DNA of 64,000 bases from Desulfurococcaceae archaeon. GTDB lineage: Archaea > Thermoproteota > Thermoprotei_A > Sulfolobales > Desulfurococcaceae. The first letter of the stretch is position 1; each line of letters starts with the position of its first letter. Where the stretch lies: the NCBI GenBank assembly GCA_038888155.1, contig JAWAJB010000002.1, positions 32,001-96,000 of the forward strand, given 5' to 3'. The position numbers and the translations under genes are program-made. The notes beneath the pieces are model-generated. The model had not been told where the DNA came from. It did no database searches and was given only the letters and a program-made list of their open reading frames with translations. Of the stretch, positions 17,738 to 26,713 are shown one piece after another.

Positions 17738-19335
17738 TCGGCGAATGTTAGATCTATCATTTCATATGGGTACAGCACAACGTTCTTCAAGTCTTTACTA
17801 GACACTATTATGAAGTATTGGATGTGGAGGTATATGACTGGAGCTTCCTCCCAAAGTATTGCGTTGAGCTGTTTGTAGATGTTCTCTCGGATCGCTGGAT
17901 CAGCCGTAGACATACCCTCTTCAAGAAGTCGATCCACTAGGTCGTTTTTGTAGAAGTGTGTGTTAAAGCCGTTGGGTGCGATGAACTGCGAGTGGAACCT
18001 CTGGTACAGGTAGAAGTGCGGATCTGGCGTTGAGACTGCCCACCCAAGAACATACAGCTGAAGGGTAGTTTCATTTAGGGGTTTAAACAGCGAAGACACA
18101 TAGGTTGGCCAGTCAGCAATTGTTTTGAGCTCAACATCTACTCCTACCTGCCTTAAGTACTGAGCAACGGCATCGGCAATCTCTTTATCAAATAAGTACC
18201 TTCCTATAGGCGTCTGTAACGTAATTTTGAACCCATTCGGGTAACCTGCATCGGCAAGCAATCTCTTCGCCTTCTCGGGATTGTACTCGTATGGACCGAG
18301 CTTAACATAGCTCATTACGTTATCGGGAACAGGCGATGACATAACCTTTCCTAGGTTAAAGAGAACATTTTTCACTATTGCTTCTTTATCTACAGCGTAG
18401 TTTATTGCTTGTCTAACTCTTACGTCTTGTAGAGGACCGTATTGCGTATTAATGCCTATATACACAATCCTAGTTGATAGTGTCTTTAGCACGCTCACTT
18501 GAGGATTGTTTTCAAGACTTTGAATGTCAGCAGCTGGAGGTTGCATAATTAAATCCAATTCATTAGAGAGCAATTTGGCTAGCCTAGTCTGAGGATCAGG
18601 TATTACCTCGAATATCAGCGTATCAAAGTTTGGAGTTCCTCTCCAGTACTCCGAGTTCTTAACAAGCACTATTTTCTCTCCGCGCACCCACTCTTGGAAC
18701 TTGTATGGACCAGTGCCTATTCCTTTAGGTTCTTGGGATATTTTATCTCCAAGCTCTTGGGCTGACTTAGGAGATATAATATATGCACCGGTTAAAACCG
18801 ATATGAAGGGTCCAAACGGGTGCTTGAGTGTTACCGCAACAGTGTGTTCATCAATGACATCTACTCGATCTATAACTAGGTAGTTCGCTCTACCGGGAAC
18901 CCTTACATTGGGGTCGAGAATTCTCTCGAGCGTAAATTTCACAGCTGATGCGTTAAATGGGGTACCGTCGTGGAACTTTATGCCTTTTTTGAGCTTTATT
19001 GTGTACACGCGTCCATCGCTAGACACGTTGTAGCTTTCTGCGAGCCATGGTACGATCTCCCCTCTTTCATCTGCAATGAATAGCGGCTCGGATATAAACC
19101 TCACAATGTTGCTTATAGTTGTTGTGGTTTGTCCCGCTGGATCTAATGTGTCTGCATCAACACCTATGCCTATTCTCAAAGTTGTTTTTTTGGCGGTTTG
19201 TGAACCTGGGGAAAATGGATTAAATATGTAAAAAACTAATCCAACTGCAACTAACCCAACTATAATTATAGCTAACAAACCCTTGGCCCTACTCGAGCCT
19301 CCCACATTTTGTGGGTTATTTTCTTCTCCGAACAC
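17722..19335 (-). CDS. oppA: Peptide/nickel ABC transporter substrate-binding protein (family 5), N-terminal membrane anchor
   Basis: LDP, PWLAESY, KFHDGTPFNA, GTGPYK and VRQAINYAVDK motifs. Confidence 0.93.
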   Translation of the reverse strand: MFGEENNPQNVGGSSRAKGLLAIIIVGLVAVGLVFYIFNPFSPGSQTAKKTTLRIGIGVDADTLDPAGQTTTTISNIVRFISEPLFIADERGEIVPWLAESYNVSSDGRVYTIKLKKGIKFHDGTPFNASAVKFTLERILDPNVRVPGRANYLVIDRVDVIDEHTVAVTLKHPFGPFISVLTGAYIISPKSAQELGDKISQEPKGIGTGPYKFQEWVRGEKIVLVKNSEYWRGTPNFDTLIFEVIPDPQTRLAKLLSNELDLIMQPPAADIQSLENNPQVSVLKTLSTRIVYIGINTQYGPLQDVRVRQAINYAVDKEAIVKNVLFNLGKVMSSPVPDNVMSYVKLGPYEYNPEKAKRLLADAGYPNGFKITLQTPIGRYLFDKEIADAVAQYLRQVGVDVELKTIADWPTYVSSLFKPLNETTLQLYVLGWAVSTPDPHFYLYQRFHSQFIAPNGFNTHFYKNDLVDRLLEEGMSTADPAIRENIYKQLNAILWEEAPVIYLHIQYFIIVSSKDLKNVVLYPYEMIDLTFAEWTGK

Positions 19336-19445
19336 CTAACTCACCTTGGTACCTATTGTGGGACATACGCGCTAGTGGAAAGATGTATAAAGTAAAAACG
19401 AGATCGAGGGAAACAAATAATAGTTTATATAGAGAATAGGGTGGC

Positions 19446-19467
19446 GGGGGGTCTTAGTAGACCCCCC
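19446..19467. repeat. Perfect 9-bp GC-rich inverted repeat
   Basis: GGGGGGTCT-TAGT-AGACCCCCC, about 15 nt upstream of a TATATAAA (minus strand, 19431-19424) serving the ABC operon. Confidence 0.75.
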
Positions 19468-19517
19468 ATAAAATAATGTATGTAACAACAACAATAGCGA
19501 CTAAGAAAATAGCAGTG

Positions 19518-19814
19518 TTAGATGAGCGAAGGTGGATCGATCGGGAGAGGCGCAACTCCTTTAAAGCCGAGGCAGTGCGCCCCCAACGCAATACACCGGA
19601 TCCACCTATCAGCTCTTGACGCATTAAGTGCACCGTGCTTATTGAATATCTTCAAATCCACTCTTTGCTTGTTCTTTTCTTTTAGTAAGGAGGGGGTATT
19701 TAAACTTTTCTCTCCAATGGAAGCTTTTGTCCTTAAGGGATCTTCAATTAAATTGAGTAGCCTTAACACAAAACTTATAAAGTTTCTCTTGTAAAAATTA
19801 GCTTCAGCGTTCAT
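19518..19814 (-). pseudogene. N-terminal remnant of a fold-type II PLP enzyme (threonine synthase-like)
   Basis: NTPSLL...KIFNKHGALNASRADR...ALGAHCLGFKGV aligns by eye with GNTPL...I..K.E..NP..S.KDR...A...G...V. The catalytic Lys is lost and the gene is truncated. Confidence 0.5.
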
Positions 19815-19849
19815 TTGAGGAAAGCGCTATTTGCGTCTCTCACCCAGTG

Positions 19850-21069
19850 GCTCGGTAAGCGGTCTCTGAGCTTACAAGCCCTTCGATAGCCTTAATCAAC
19901 GATGATCTCACCGTTTGCGTGGGTAGATTTTGCATAGGATTTTTCCACCAATTTTTTTGTGTCTAAGTCTCCCGAATTGGCCGCATAAAGTGTTGCAGTT
20001 ATAACAACATTGATTAGAGCAGTGTGCGGTCTACTTAACATAGATATACTACTATTAGATCAGCTTTTTACATGGTGCTATTTAACCGATCTCTGAGCTC
20101 ATCTTAATGACATTCGCACTATTAACTGTGGTCGTTCTCAAGAACGTCTATGTAGTGTTCCCGACTTTGTCCTAGAATGGAAGGTCAAATACTGCTCGAT
20201 GGCAACAGACGCTATTCTCACATCTTTGTGAATATATTCCGGGGTAAATACCCCTCCATTCTCGAGGCAACATTGATCTTATACTCAATCATCATCGGAA
20301 CCTATTAGCGGCGTACTGTATGTGTTTAGATCTGGAGAAATACACAACATTGGCGTCGCTCTATGTACTAAATGCGATGTAATGATGGTAGCGCATTCTA
20401 AAGCTACATCGCGAGAGAGGAACCCTGTACTGTATAGTCAATTGATGAACTCACCCCCGTGTTACGAGGCAGTAATCTACTTTGGGTATTGACATAGATA
20501 TCTGTGGTTATTTTAGCATTTTACTTGTCCTTGAGATCTTTAAATAAAATATACAGTTCTCAGCCACACGTTAACATTTGACTAAGCGAAAACCATGCTT
20601 TGGCACGTTCGTTATTTCTTTGCGCTTCAACTAGCCCCTAATGCCCAGTAAGAATAGCCGCCCTTCTAACTTCATAGGCATAGGGAGCACCTGCTTCTAG
20701 AAAAGCTGTAATGCCGCGCTCTATCACGTTGAGCTGCGAAAGCGCAGAGACCAAGTATACGTCCTCGAGCTTTAAGAAGCTTTCATATGAAATAAGATAT
20801 GTCAGCTAAACACGAGGTATTGCCGTCTCCTGATCTGTAATTAATCCCCCCATTAGTATTTGTGTATTATGTGTGTGAGCATCTACAAAGCCATGGAGCA
20901 CGGCGGCACGTTCGTACCTTAAAACAACATCTAATCGGTATTTGCCTACAATATCTTCAGGTTGACCTAAAGCAGCAATTTTATTTCCGTTTATTGCAAT
21001 TGTACCAATATTCGATAACACCCATTGTGAATCAAGAGGCAATACGTACTTAGAAATTACCATACCCAT
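19850..21069 (-). pseudogene. Decayed amidohydrolase (MTA/SAH deaminase, AtzA/TRZ-like)
   Basis: The N-terminus GFVDAHTH continues past an in-frame TAG (20806-20808) as LTYLISYESFLKLEDVY...GITAFLEAGAP. Later fragments TTVNSANVI...EIG*IAPCKK/ADLIVV and PH...LYAANSGDLDT carry multiple stops and frameshifts. The left boundary is approximate. Confidence 0.8.
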
Positions 21070-21662
21070 TCAGACCAAACTTCTTTTCCCTTTTTCAATA
21101 AAAAACTTAAAACTATATAGGCTAATGCTAGTGCGGTTAACCATACTCATAGCTTCTACAACCTGTGGCGCAATGCCCCCGCAAAAACTGCTGTGTACAC
21201 CACTATGCACTTTCCCAAAGTAAAAATTCCAAGCCAGTGCCTGTTCCATACAGAATTTTTTGAGAAGTGACGTTTCTTCATGAAAATAAAGCAAAAACAC
21301 AGGCTTATTTAGTCCTCGGCCACGCCAATTAAGACGAAGCGCACGTCGAGGCAAAAGCACAAAGACTTTCCAGAGTTGTAAACATTGGAGCAGGCTTGTT
21401 CAGCCCTGAAAACATTAAATAACTTATCGCCGCGCAAAGATGAAAAAAGGGCTTAAAACCCCTCGCTCAGCGGCTACATAAATGCCTGCACTTTGTGCCA
21501 ATAAGGTTGTTTAAGAATAGGTTAAATTTTTAAAAGGAAATGTGTAATTAAGCTGTGTATTAACATTACAGCATGTAAATCAAATATAAATTTCCGAAAC
21601 ATCCATATCTACACGAGAATATAAGATACTTTTTAAATATATACCTCAGTTAGGTATACATC

Positions 21663-22301
21663 ATGAGTAAATTAGGAGTACTTAGAAGGCACACATTTAA
21701 TCCCCTCGGCCAGGGAGACCTGCTAGCTGCTCTTATACTCATAGGCGTTACCATTGTAGTTGGCATAGGCTTCTTGAGCTTAGTTTACCCCAGCGTTTCT
21801 GGATTAGTTGGGCAGAACGATCTAAGGACATTGCTGTATAACGAGCAAAGCGTACTTGTTGTATATAAAGAATACGAGAACTCCACTCATACGTGTATAG
21901 GAATTATTAGGCTGGAGCCTGAGAAAACTAGGTACTCATTAGCCCTCATTGCAGACGAGAGAATAGACGTCTTAGCTCGAGATATAAATGCCATTAGCTT
22001 TCCTCTCTCTCAATCATCTACCCCAGAGCCCAGCGGAGTAAGGACTATAACTGCTGACAGAGCATACCGTATTATTAGCGGGGAACACTGTCCGTGCTTC
22101 AAGGGCTTAAGCTACTTAAAGGTGGTTTACTTGCCCCAAGATGTTGCTGATAACTACTTGTCGAGGGGAATACCTGCCTTGACTTGTCTGTCTAAGGACA
22201 TCATTAGACAGTACGGCATCGATGTCACGCTCTACGTGTTTGTACAAGTAAATACGGATTTTTACGAGGTTGGAGAGGTGAACTTCAGTGTTGAGGAGTA
22301 G
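21663..22301 (+). CDS. Type IV pilin-like protein (minor)
   Basis: Basic leader, then LG/QGDLLAALILIGVTIVVGIG, a class III signal-like hydrophobic helix; pilus locus context. Confidence 0.65.
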   Translation: MSKLGVLRRHTFNPLGQGDLLAALILIGVTIVVGIGFLSLVYPSVSGLVGQNDLRTLLYNEQSVLVVYKEYENSTHTCIGIIRLEPEKTRYSLALIADERIDVLARDINAISFPLSQSSTPEPSGVRTITADRAYRIISGEHCPCFKGLSYLKVVYLPQDVADNYLSRGIPALTCLSKDIIRQYGIDVTLYVFVQVNTDFYEVGEVNFSVEE

Positions 22302-23481
22302 GAGAAGAATTAGAGCTCAAGCTGAGATTATAGGTGGAGTAATTGTAATAACGGCACTAATAATATCTATGGGCTTAGTGCTTACGAGCTTGGCTCGCTT
22401 ATCATCTACATCGGTTACGGGGATCTCTAAAAGAGCGCTATTCGAATCAGAGAAGTCCTTTGAGACAATCAACGTCGTGTATGAGGATAATACCTGTTAT
22501 GTGCAGAACGCCATAGGCTCATCAGTCAAGTTCGTGAGGATATGGTCTAACTCTACTCCAATAGACTTATTGGGCAACGGCTTCAACTTAATGCTACAGC
22601 CGGGCGAGAAGAGAAGCTTAGATGAACTCAAATCTCTTCTAGGCGTCGAGAGAATAGATCACGTAGTTACATCTAGGGGAAACGTTTTCCCCTTAGAATC
22701 CCTCTGCGTTGAGAGGAGACAACAACAAATATCATATTACTACTACTATTACTACTACGAGCAAACAGGGACTCCGTTTGGTAGCGAGAATATCTTAAAC
22801 AGCACGAAGGTATCTCGTGGATTAGAGAGCAGGTATATTTACGTAAACATCTCCTCGGGCTCAACCGTAACTCCCTATCCTGTTGTTTACAACTTCACAG
22901 GGAAATGGTACTGTAGTAGCCAAACTGATAGAGGAGTAATTAGTACACTAGTAATACGCGATAAAAATAACAACCTAATAGGCTCAGATGCCGACTATAC
23001 TACGATAAATGAGCTAATAATAATCAATGCCAATAATTGTAACAGCATAACTAGCCCTGCATTTGAATGGGGCTATAAAAACTTTGATGGAACGGTTACA
23101 TTCGTGTTCAAAAACCTTGTGAATGTAACGCCTAACGTTGACACAATAGCGTTGTACTTTAAGGTACTGGTTTTAGGTGCTGCAACAGGAGGAGTCTCAC
23201 AACAGCTGAGCACAATTACCTCTGCAACAATATACAATACAACGGTGTCTATATCCACGCCTGTCACTGCGACTACTGCCGGTGCAAGGGAGAACCTCGC
23301 CGTTATATTTGGACAGGCTATATTTCCAGTAAAGGCGTTTGGACTTCAGCTTCCAACTGGAGTTTATGATCTGAGGATAGAGTTAGGGTTGAAAGCTCAA
23401 AGCATTGACATCACTGGTGTACGGCTAGAGTACATAGCACTCGTTGGCGCCGATTTCGCAGGACCGTGGATTGGAGACTAA
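22288..23481 (+). CDS. Large minor pilin / adhesin-like protein
   Basis: RRRIRA/QAEIIGGVIVI class III signal; pilin domain ending VTSRGNVF; Tyr8 tract; beta-rich C-terminal domain with several N-x-S/T sequons. Confidence 0.72.
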   Translation: MLRSRRRIRAQAEIIGGVIVITALIISMGLVLTSLARLSSTSVTGISKRALFESEKSFETINVVYEDNTCYVQNAIGSSVKFVRIWSNSTPIDLLGNGFNLMLQPGEKRSLDELKSLLGVERIDHVVTSRGNVFPLESLCVERRQQQISYYYYYYYYEQTGTPFGSENILNSTKVSRGLESRYIYVNISSGSTVTPYPVVYNFTGKWYCSSQTDRGVISTLVIRDKNNNLIGSDADYTTINELIIINANNCNSITSPAFEWGYKNFDGTVTFVFKNLVNVTPNVDTIALYFKVLVLGAATGGVSQQLSTITSATIYNTTVSISTPVTATTAGARENLAVIFGQAIFPVKAFGLQLPTGVYDLRIELGLKAQSIDITGVRLEYIALVGADFAGPWIGD

Positions 23482-23495
23482 TAGTATTTTTGCTT

Positions 23496-24551
23496 CTATT
23501 TTTTCCCAAAGATCCTTGTGAATATTCCTCTGGATTTCGGCTTAAGAGCAAGTATAACCCAATTCCACTTAGTATCTGACTCTATCTGGACAAGAGGAAG
23601 ATATAAATTCGATTGATCAAAGCCCATCGATCCTAGAAGGGGGGATAGTGCTTTTGCCCCAGTTGTTGATAACTTCCACGAATCGACAACAGACAATTTA
23701 TCCCGGCTAAGTAAGTATACCCCTTCATTAGAGGCCACAGCTATGTTTTCACTTAGCGGTGAATCTCTGCCTTCCGATGCTAGGATTTTTGTTCCTGATG
23801 GCTTATCAACGGACTGAATTAATTTGCCTTTAGAGTCGAGCTTGGCTACTCTGTACCCGTCAACGGCGTAAATAAATCCATCGAGATCAACAGCTATCCC
23901 AGTTATTGTCCCTTTTACACTCGGTTTTATAGTATCAAGGAGTTTGAGGTTCTCGTCAAAGAGTTGTATATACCACTCTATCGAAGATCTTGTTCTTGTA
24001 AATCCGCCCGCGACAATGTATTTGTTTCCGCTACTGTAAGCTAAAGCGTAAGCCCCTGACTCCAAGATATCTGTCTCAAATTCAGCTCCATTAATTTTCG
24101 ACAGGTTTTCTGAATTGAGCTTAACGAAGCTAGCGCTTGTGCGAACTTCTGGTCCAAAAGACGTTCCTGCAATGTATATGTGTTTATCCACAAATAAACA
24201 TGAGAATGGCATTAAATAAGGATTTTCAAAGTCAGCTCTTTTAACAACTTGGAGATCCTTGTTAAAGGCAATTGCACTCCAAAATCCCTCTGTTGCGCCA
24301 AAAGCATATATGTAGTTCCCAGAGCTCCGACAAGTAAAGAGAGATGCAAAGTGATGTCCTTGATCATCAGCCCAAGAAGCCACTCTATCCCCATTTCTCG
24401 TATTAAAGGCTTCAGCCCTGTACCTCTTTATCCCTAGGCCTAAGGACTCGTCAAAGCCCACAGCGTAAACTCTATCCCCCGAGACGCATACGCTGTAAAC
24501 CCCATCTCTGTATTTGCTTATGTTGAGCTCTTTACGCCACGACTGCTCCAA
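23496..24551 (-). CDS. Predicted beta-propeller protein, no signal peptide, C-terminal amphipathic helix
   Basis: Repeated ~45-aa blades (RVYAVG, YIYAFG, HIYIAG, YIVAGG, FIYAVD); ends SRGIFTRIFGKK. Confidence 0.6.
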   Translation of the reverse strand: MEQSWRKELNISKYRDGVYSVCVSGDRVYAVGFDESLGLGIKRYRAEAFNTRNGDRVASWADDQGHHFASLFTCRSSGNYIYAFGATEGFWSAIAFNKDLQVVKRADFENPYLMPFSCLFVDKHIYIAGTSFGPEVRTSASFVKLNSENLSKINGAEFETDILESGAYALAYSSGNKYIVAGGFTRTRSSIEWYIQLFDENLKLLDTIKPSVKGTITGIAVDLDGFIYAVDGYRVAKLDSKGKLIQSVDKPSGTKILASEGRDSPLSENIAVASNEGVYLLSRDKLSVVDSWKLSTTGAKALSPLLGSMGFDQSNLYLPLVQIESDTKWNWVILALKPKSRGIFTRIFGKK

Positions 24552-24604
24552 ACCTCTCCACCACTACAAGTAAAATACATTTAAATTTTTGTTAAGCGCT
24601 CTTT

Positions 24605-25795
24605 TTATTTTATTATGGTTGCGCTGTAGGGGATCACTCCTAGAGCAGTTGCAACAAAGAGGACCACTTGGATAGCAGAGAAAAAGAAGGCTACATATTT
24701 GAATTTGTATGTGAACGCCCTGAATAACGCTATGCAAGCGTTTAAGTAGAGAAATGGCAGGACGTTAACGTAGTACCAATCCAGGGGTCCGGCTAAGACG
24801 TTAATTAGCGATAGCCAAGATAGCGCAACAACAGCGCTTAGCTTTTGATCACTAGCTCTCGTTAAGGCTAGGTATGTCGTGTACAACAAGCTTGGGATGA
24901 ACAAATACCAAAGAAACGAGCCCAGCCCAATCCCCACAACAACGAGGACTTTAGATGCAGGTGTAAAGGCTTGGTCCAGAATCTCAAATGAACCGTCAAC
25001 ACTAGTAATTACTGCATTCAACTCCCCAGCATACCTCCACAGCTCTACCCTGGTCAACAGCTTTAGGAGACCGTTCAAAGCTATAGGGAGCGAGAAGCCG
25101 TGTCTCCATGACATATACTTGTACATATCGATATGATGATTTATAATGGCATCAAGACCTAAAGAGAAATCAGCTGAATAAGTAGAAAAGTAAACTGCAA
25201 GCGCTATAAGCAGGTAATTTAAAGAGCCTCTATAACCTTTATCCCGGTAAGCAAGATAAACTGCCCCAAGGAGAACTGACAGCGCGCTTGCCTTTGATGC
25301 TAAACCGAGCCCCATAAATACCGCAGATAGGTAGCTCTTTCCTTTAAGGAGCAAGTATATGCCAAACAGAGAGAGGGATATCGCTATTGGGTCTAATAGG
25401 AGAAACCTAAAAGTATTAAAATACAGGGTGTCAAAAATTAGGAGAAAGGCTGGGAAGAAACAAACTTTTCCGTAGCCTAGTAAACCACAAATGCCATATA
25501 CGAAAAAAGACGAGGCAACACATGTAGCTATGTAAAGGAACCTTGAGAGAGTGATGATCGTGAAGATGCCAATTACATATTTAGCAAAGGGGGGGTGCTC
25601 AAAATTACACAAGAGTGGGGCCACTCCATTAACGTATTTTAAACCGCAGTCAATGTAAACGCGCTCATCGAGGTAGCTGGGTAGGGGGGGATTACTAGCG
25701 TTGATAATCACAAATGTGATGCAAAAAGATAAAAAAAGAATAATACTCTTTATAGATTTACGGGCACTAACGAGCTTGAACAGTTGTTGAAACAA
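24605..25795 (-). CDS. GT-C fold, PMT/GT39-like (dolichyl-phosphate-sugar protein glycosyltransferase-like) membrane protein
   Basis: TM1 followed by YLDERVY...NFEHPPFAKY; FLLLDP, GLGLASK; many TMs. The likely TTG start at 25795 overlaps the pilin gene end (track start 25843). Confidence 0.75.
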   Translation of the reverse strand: MFQQLFKLVSARKSIKSIILFLSFCITFVIINASNPPLPSYLDERVYIDCGLKYVNGVAPLLCNFEHPPFAKYVIGIFTIITLSRFLYIATCVASSFFVYGICGLLGYGKVCFFPAFLLIFDTLYFNTFRFLLLDPIAISLSLFGIYLLLKGKSYLSAVFMGLGLASKASALSVLLGAVYLAYRDKGYRGSLNYLLIALAVYFSTYSADFSLGLDAIINHHIDMYKYMSWRHGFSLPIALNGLLKLLTRVELWRYAGELNAVITSVDGSFEILDQAFTPASKVLVVVGIGLGSFLWYLFIPSLLYTTYLALTRASDQKLSAVVALSWLSLINVLAGPLDWYYVNVLPFLYLNACIALFRAFTYKFKYVAFFFSAIQVVLFVATALGVIPYSATIIK

Positions 25796-26177
25796 CGTTT
25801 CCTGCCCTTGTGTAGACTTTGATAAAGTAGTTCGTACCTGCACTGTAACCTGTTGAGGTGAGAGTTGCTGTGATTGTTGTTTCTTGTCCAGCTGGTATTG
25901 TCGTCGTATCAGTATATGTTTCTATTCCCACAATTTCAATCTTATAAATGACAGAAGTTGCCGATCCTTCATTCTTTATGTGAAGTTCAAGCGTAGGATT
26001 TTCTCCCGCTATAATGGAGCTGTCTGGATATATCCTAAGGCTCTCAGTTGCACCAACTGTTCCCCACCACCCCATTATCCAGCCCACTACTCCTATCGCA
26101 ATTACTAGCGTTACTGCCACAAGGATTACTACTGCTATTATCGGCTCAATACCCTTCATCTTACCTTCAGCGTTCAA
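25767..26177 (-). CDS. Major archaeal type IV pilin (likely start MKG at 26159)
   Basis: MKG/IEPIIAVVILVAVTLVIAIGVVGW is a canonical class III signal; Ig-like C-domain (IKNEGS ... IKVYT..GN). Confidence 0.9.
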   Translation of the reverse strand: MNAEGKMKGIEPIIAVVILVAVTLVIAIGVVGWIMGWWGTVGATESLRIYPDSSIIAGENPTLELHIKNEGSATSVIYKIEIVGIETYTDTTTIPAGQETTITATLTSTGYSAGTNYFIKVYTRAGNVVSTTVQAR

Positions 26178-26299
26178 AATACTTTACCACCATAATACAA
26201 TTATGTTCAACATTATTTTTAAACCCTTCGGTTAGAGATCGACATATTCCTTGTAATTTTTTACTCCTTTATCAGTCATACCTTTTTTTAATTTCAAAT

Positions 26300-26713
26300 T
26301 TACGCTTTAATTACTCTCTTAACAACGGGGTACAATGTGCCAGATTTAAGGTATATTTTCAAGGAGTAAGTAACCCCTTGCTCGTACTCTTCGCGCAGTT
26401 TTATTGGAGGCAATTCCTTTATCTCCCCCGGTCTCACGACTAATGACGGGCTTATATCAACGGTCTCCACTCCCTCTACTTCTACTTTATATATCTCTGC
26501 GCTTACTTCTCCCTCATTTACAGCCGTTAATCTCAGGAACCAGGCATTGTCGGCACTACTGAAATAAATCTCCACTTCAAGCACCTTGAGAACTTCAGAT
26601 CTCGAGGTCATTGAGTTATAAGTTGTTATAATCCACGCTGCGCCTGCCGAGGCCAGTGTTATCGCAACGGCAACCAATATGATTATAGAGAAAAGCCTGT
26701 TCACCTTACACAC
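26300..26713 (-). CDS. Pilin-like protein, paralogous to the major pilin
   Basis: IIILVAVAITLA, NEG...IYKVEV.GVET and Y..KIY...G shared with 25767-26177. No clear K/R-G cleavage site. Confidence 0.78.
   Translation of the reverse strand: MCKVNRLFSIIILVAVAITLASAGAAWIITTYNSMTSRSEVLKVLEVEIYFSSADNAWFLRLTAVNEGEVSAEIYKVEVEGVETVDISPSLVVRPGEIKELPPIKLREEYEQGVTYSLKIYLKSGTLYPVVKRVIKA

Noticed and set aside
21070-21360. 96-aa ORF upstream of the amidohydrolase pseudogene
   Set aside because: No recognisable motif and atypical composition in a decayed region; probably spurious or an unidentifiable remnant.
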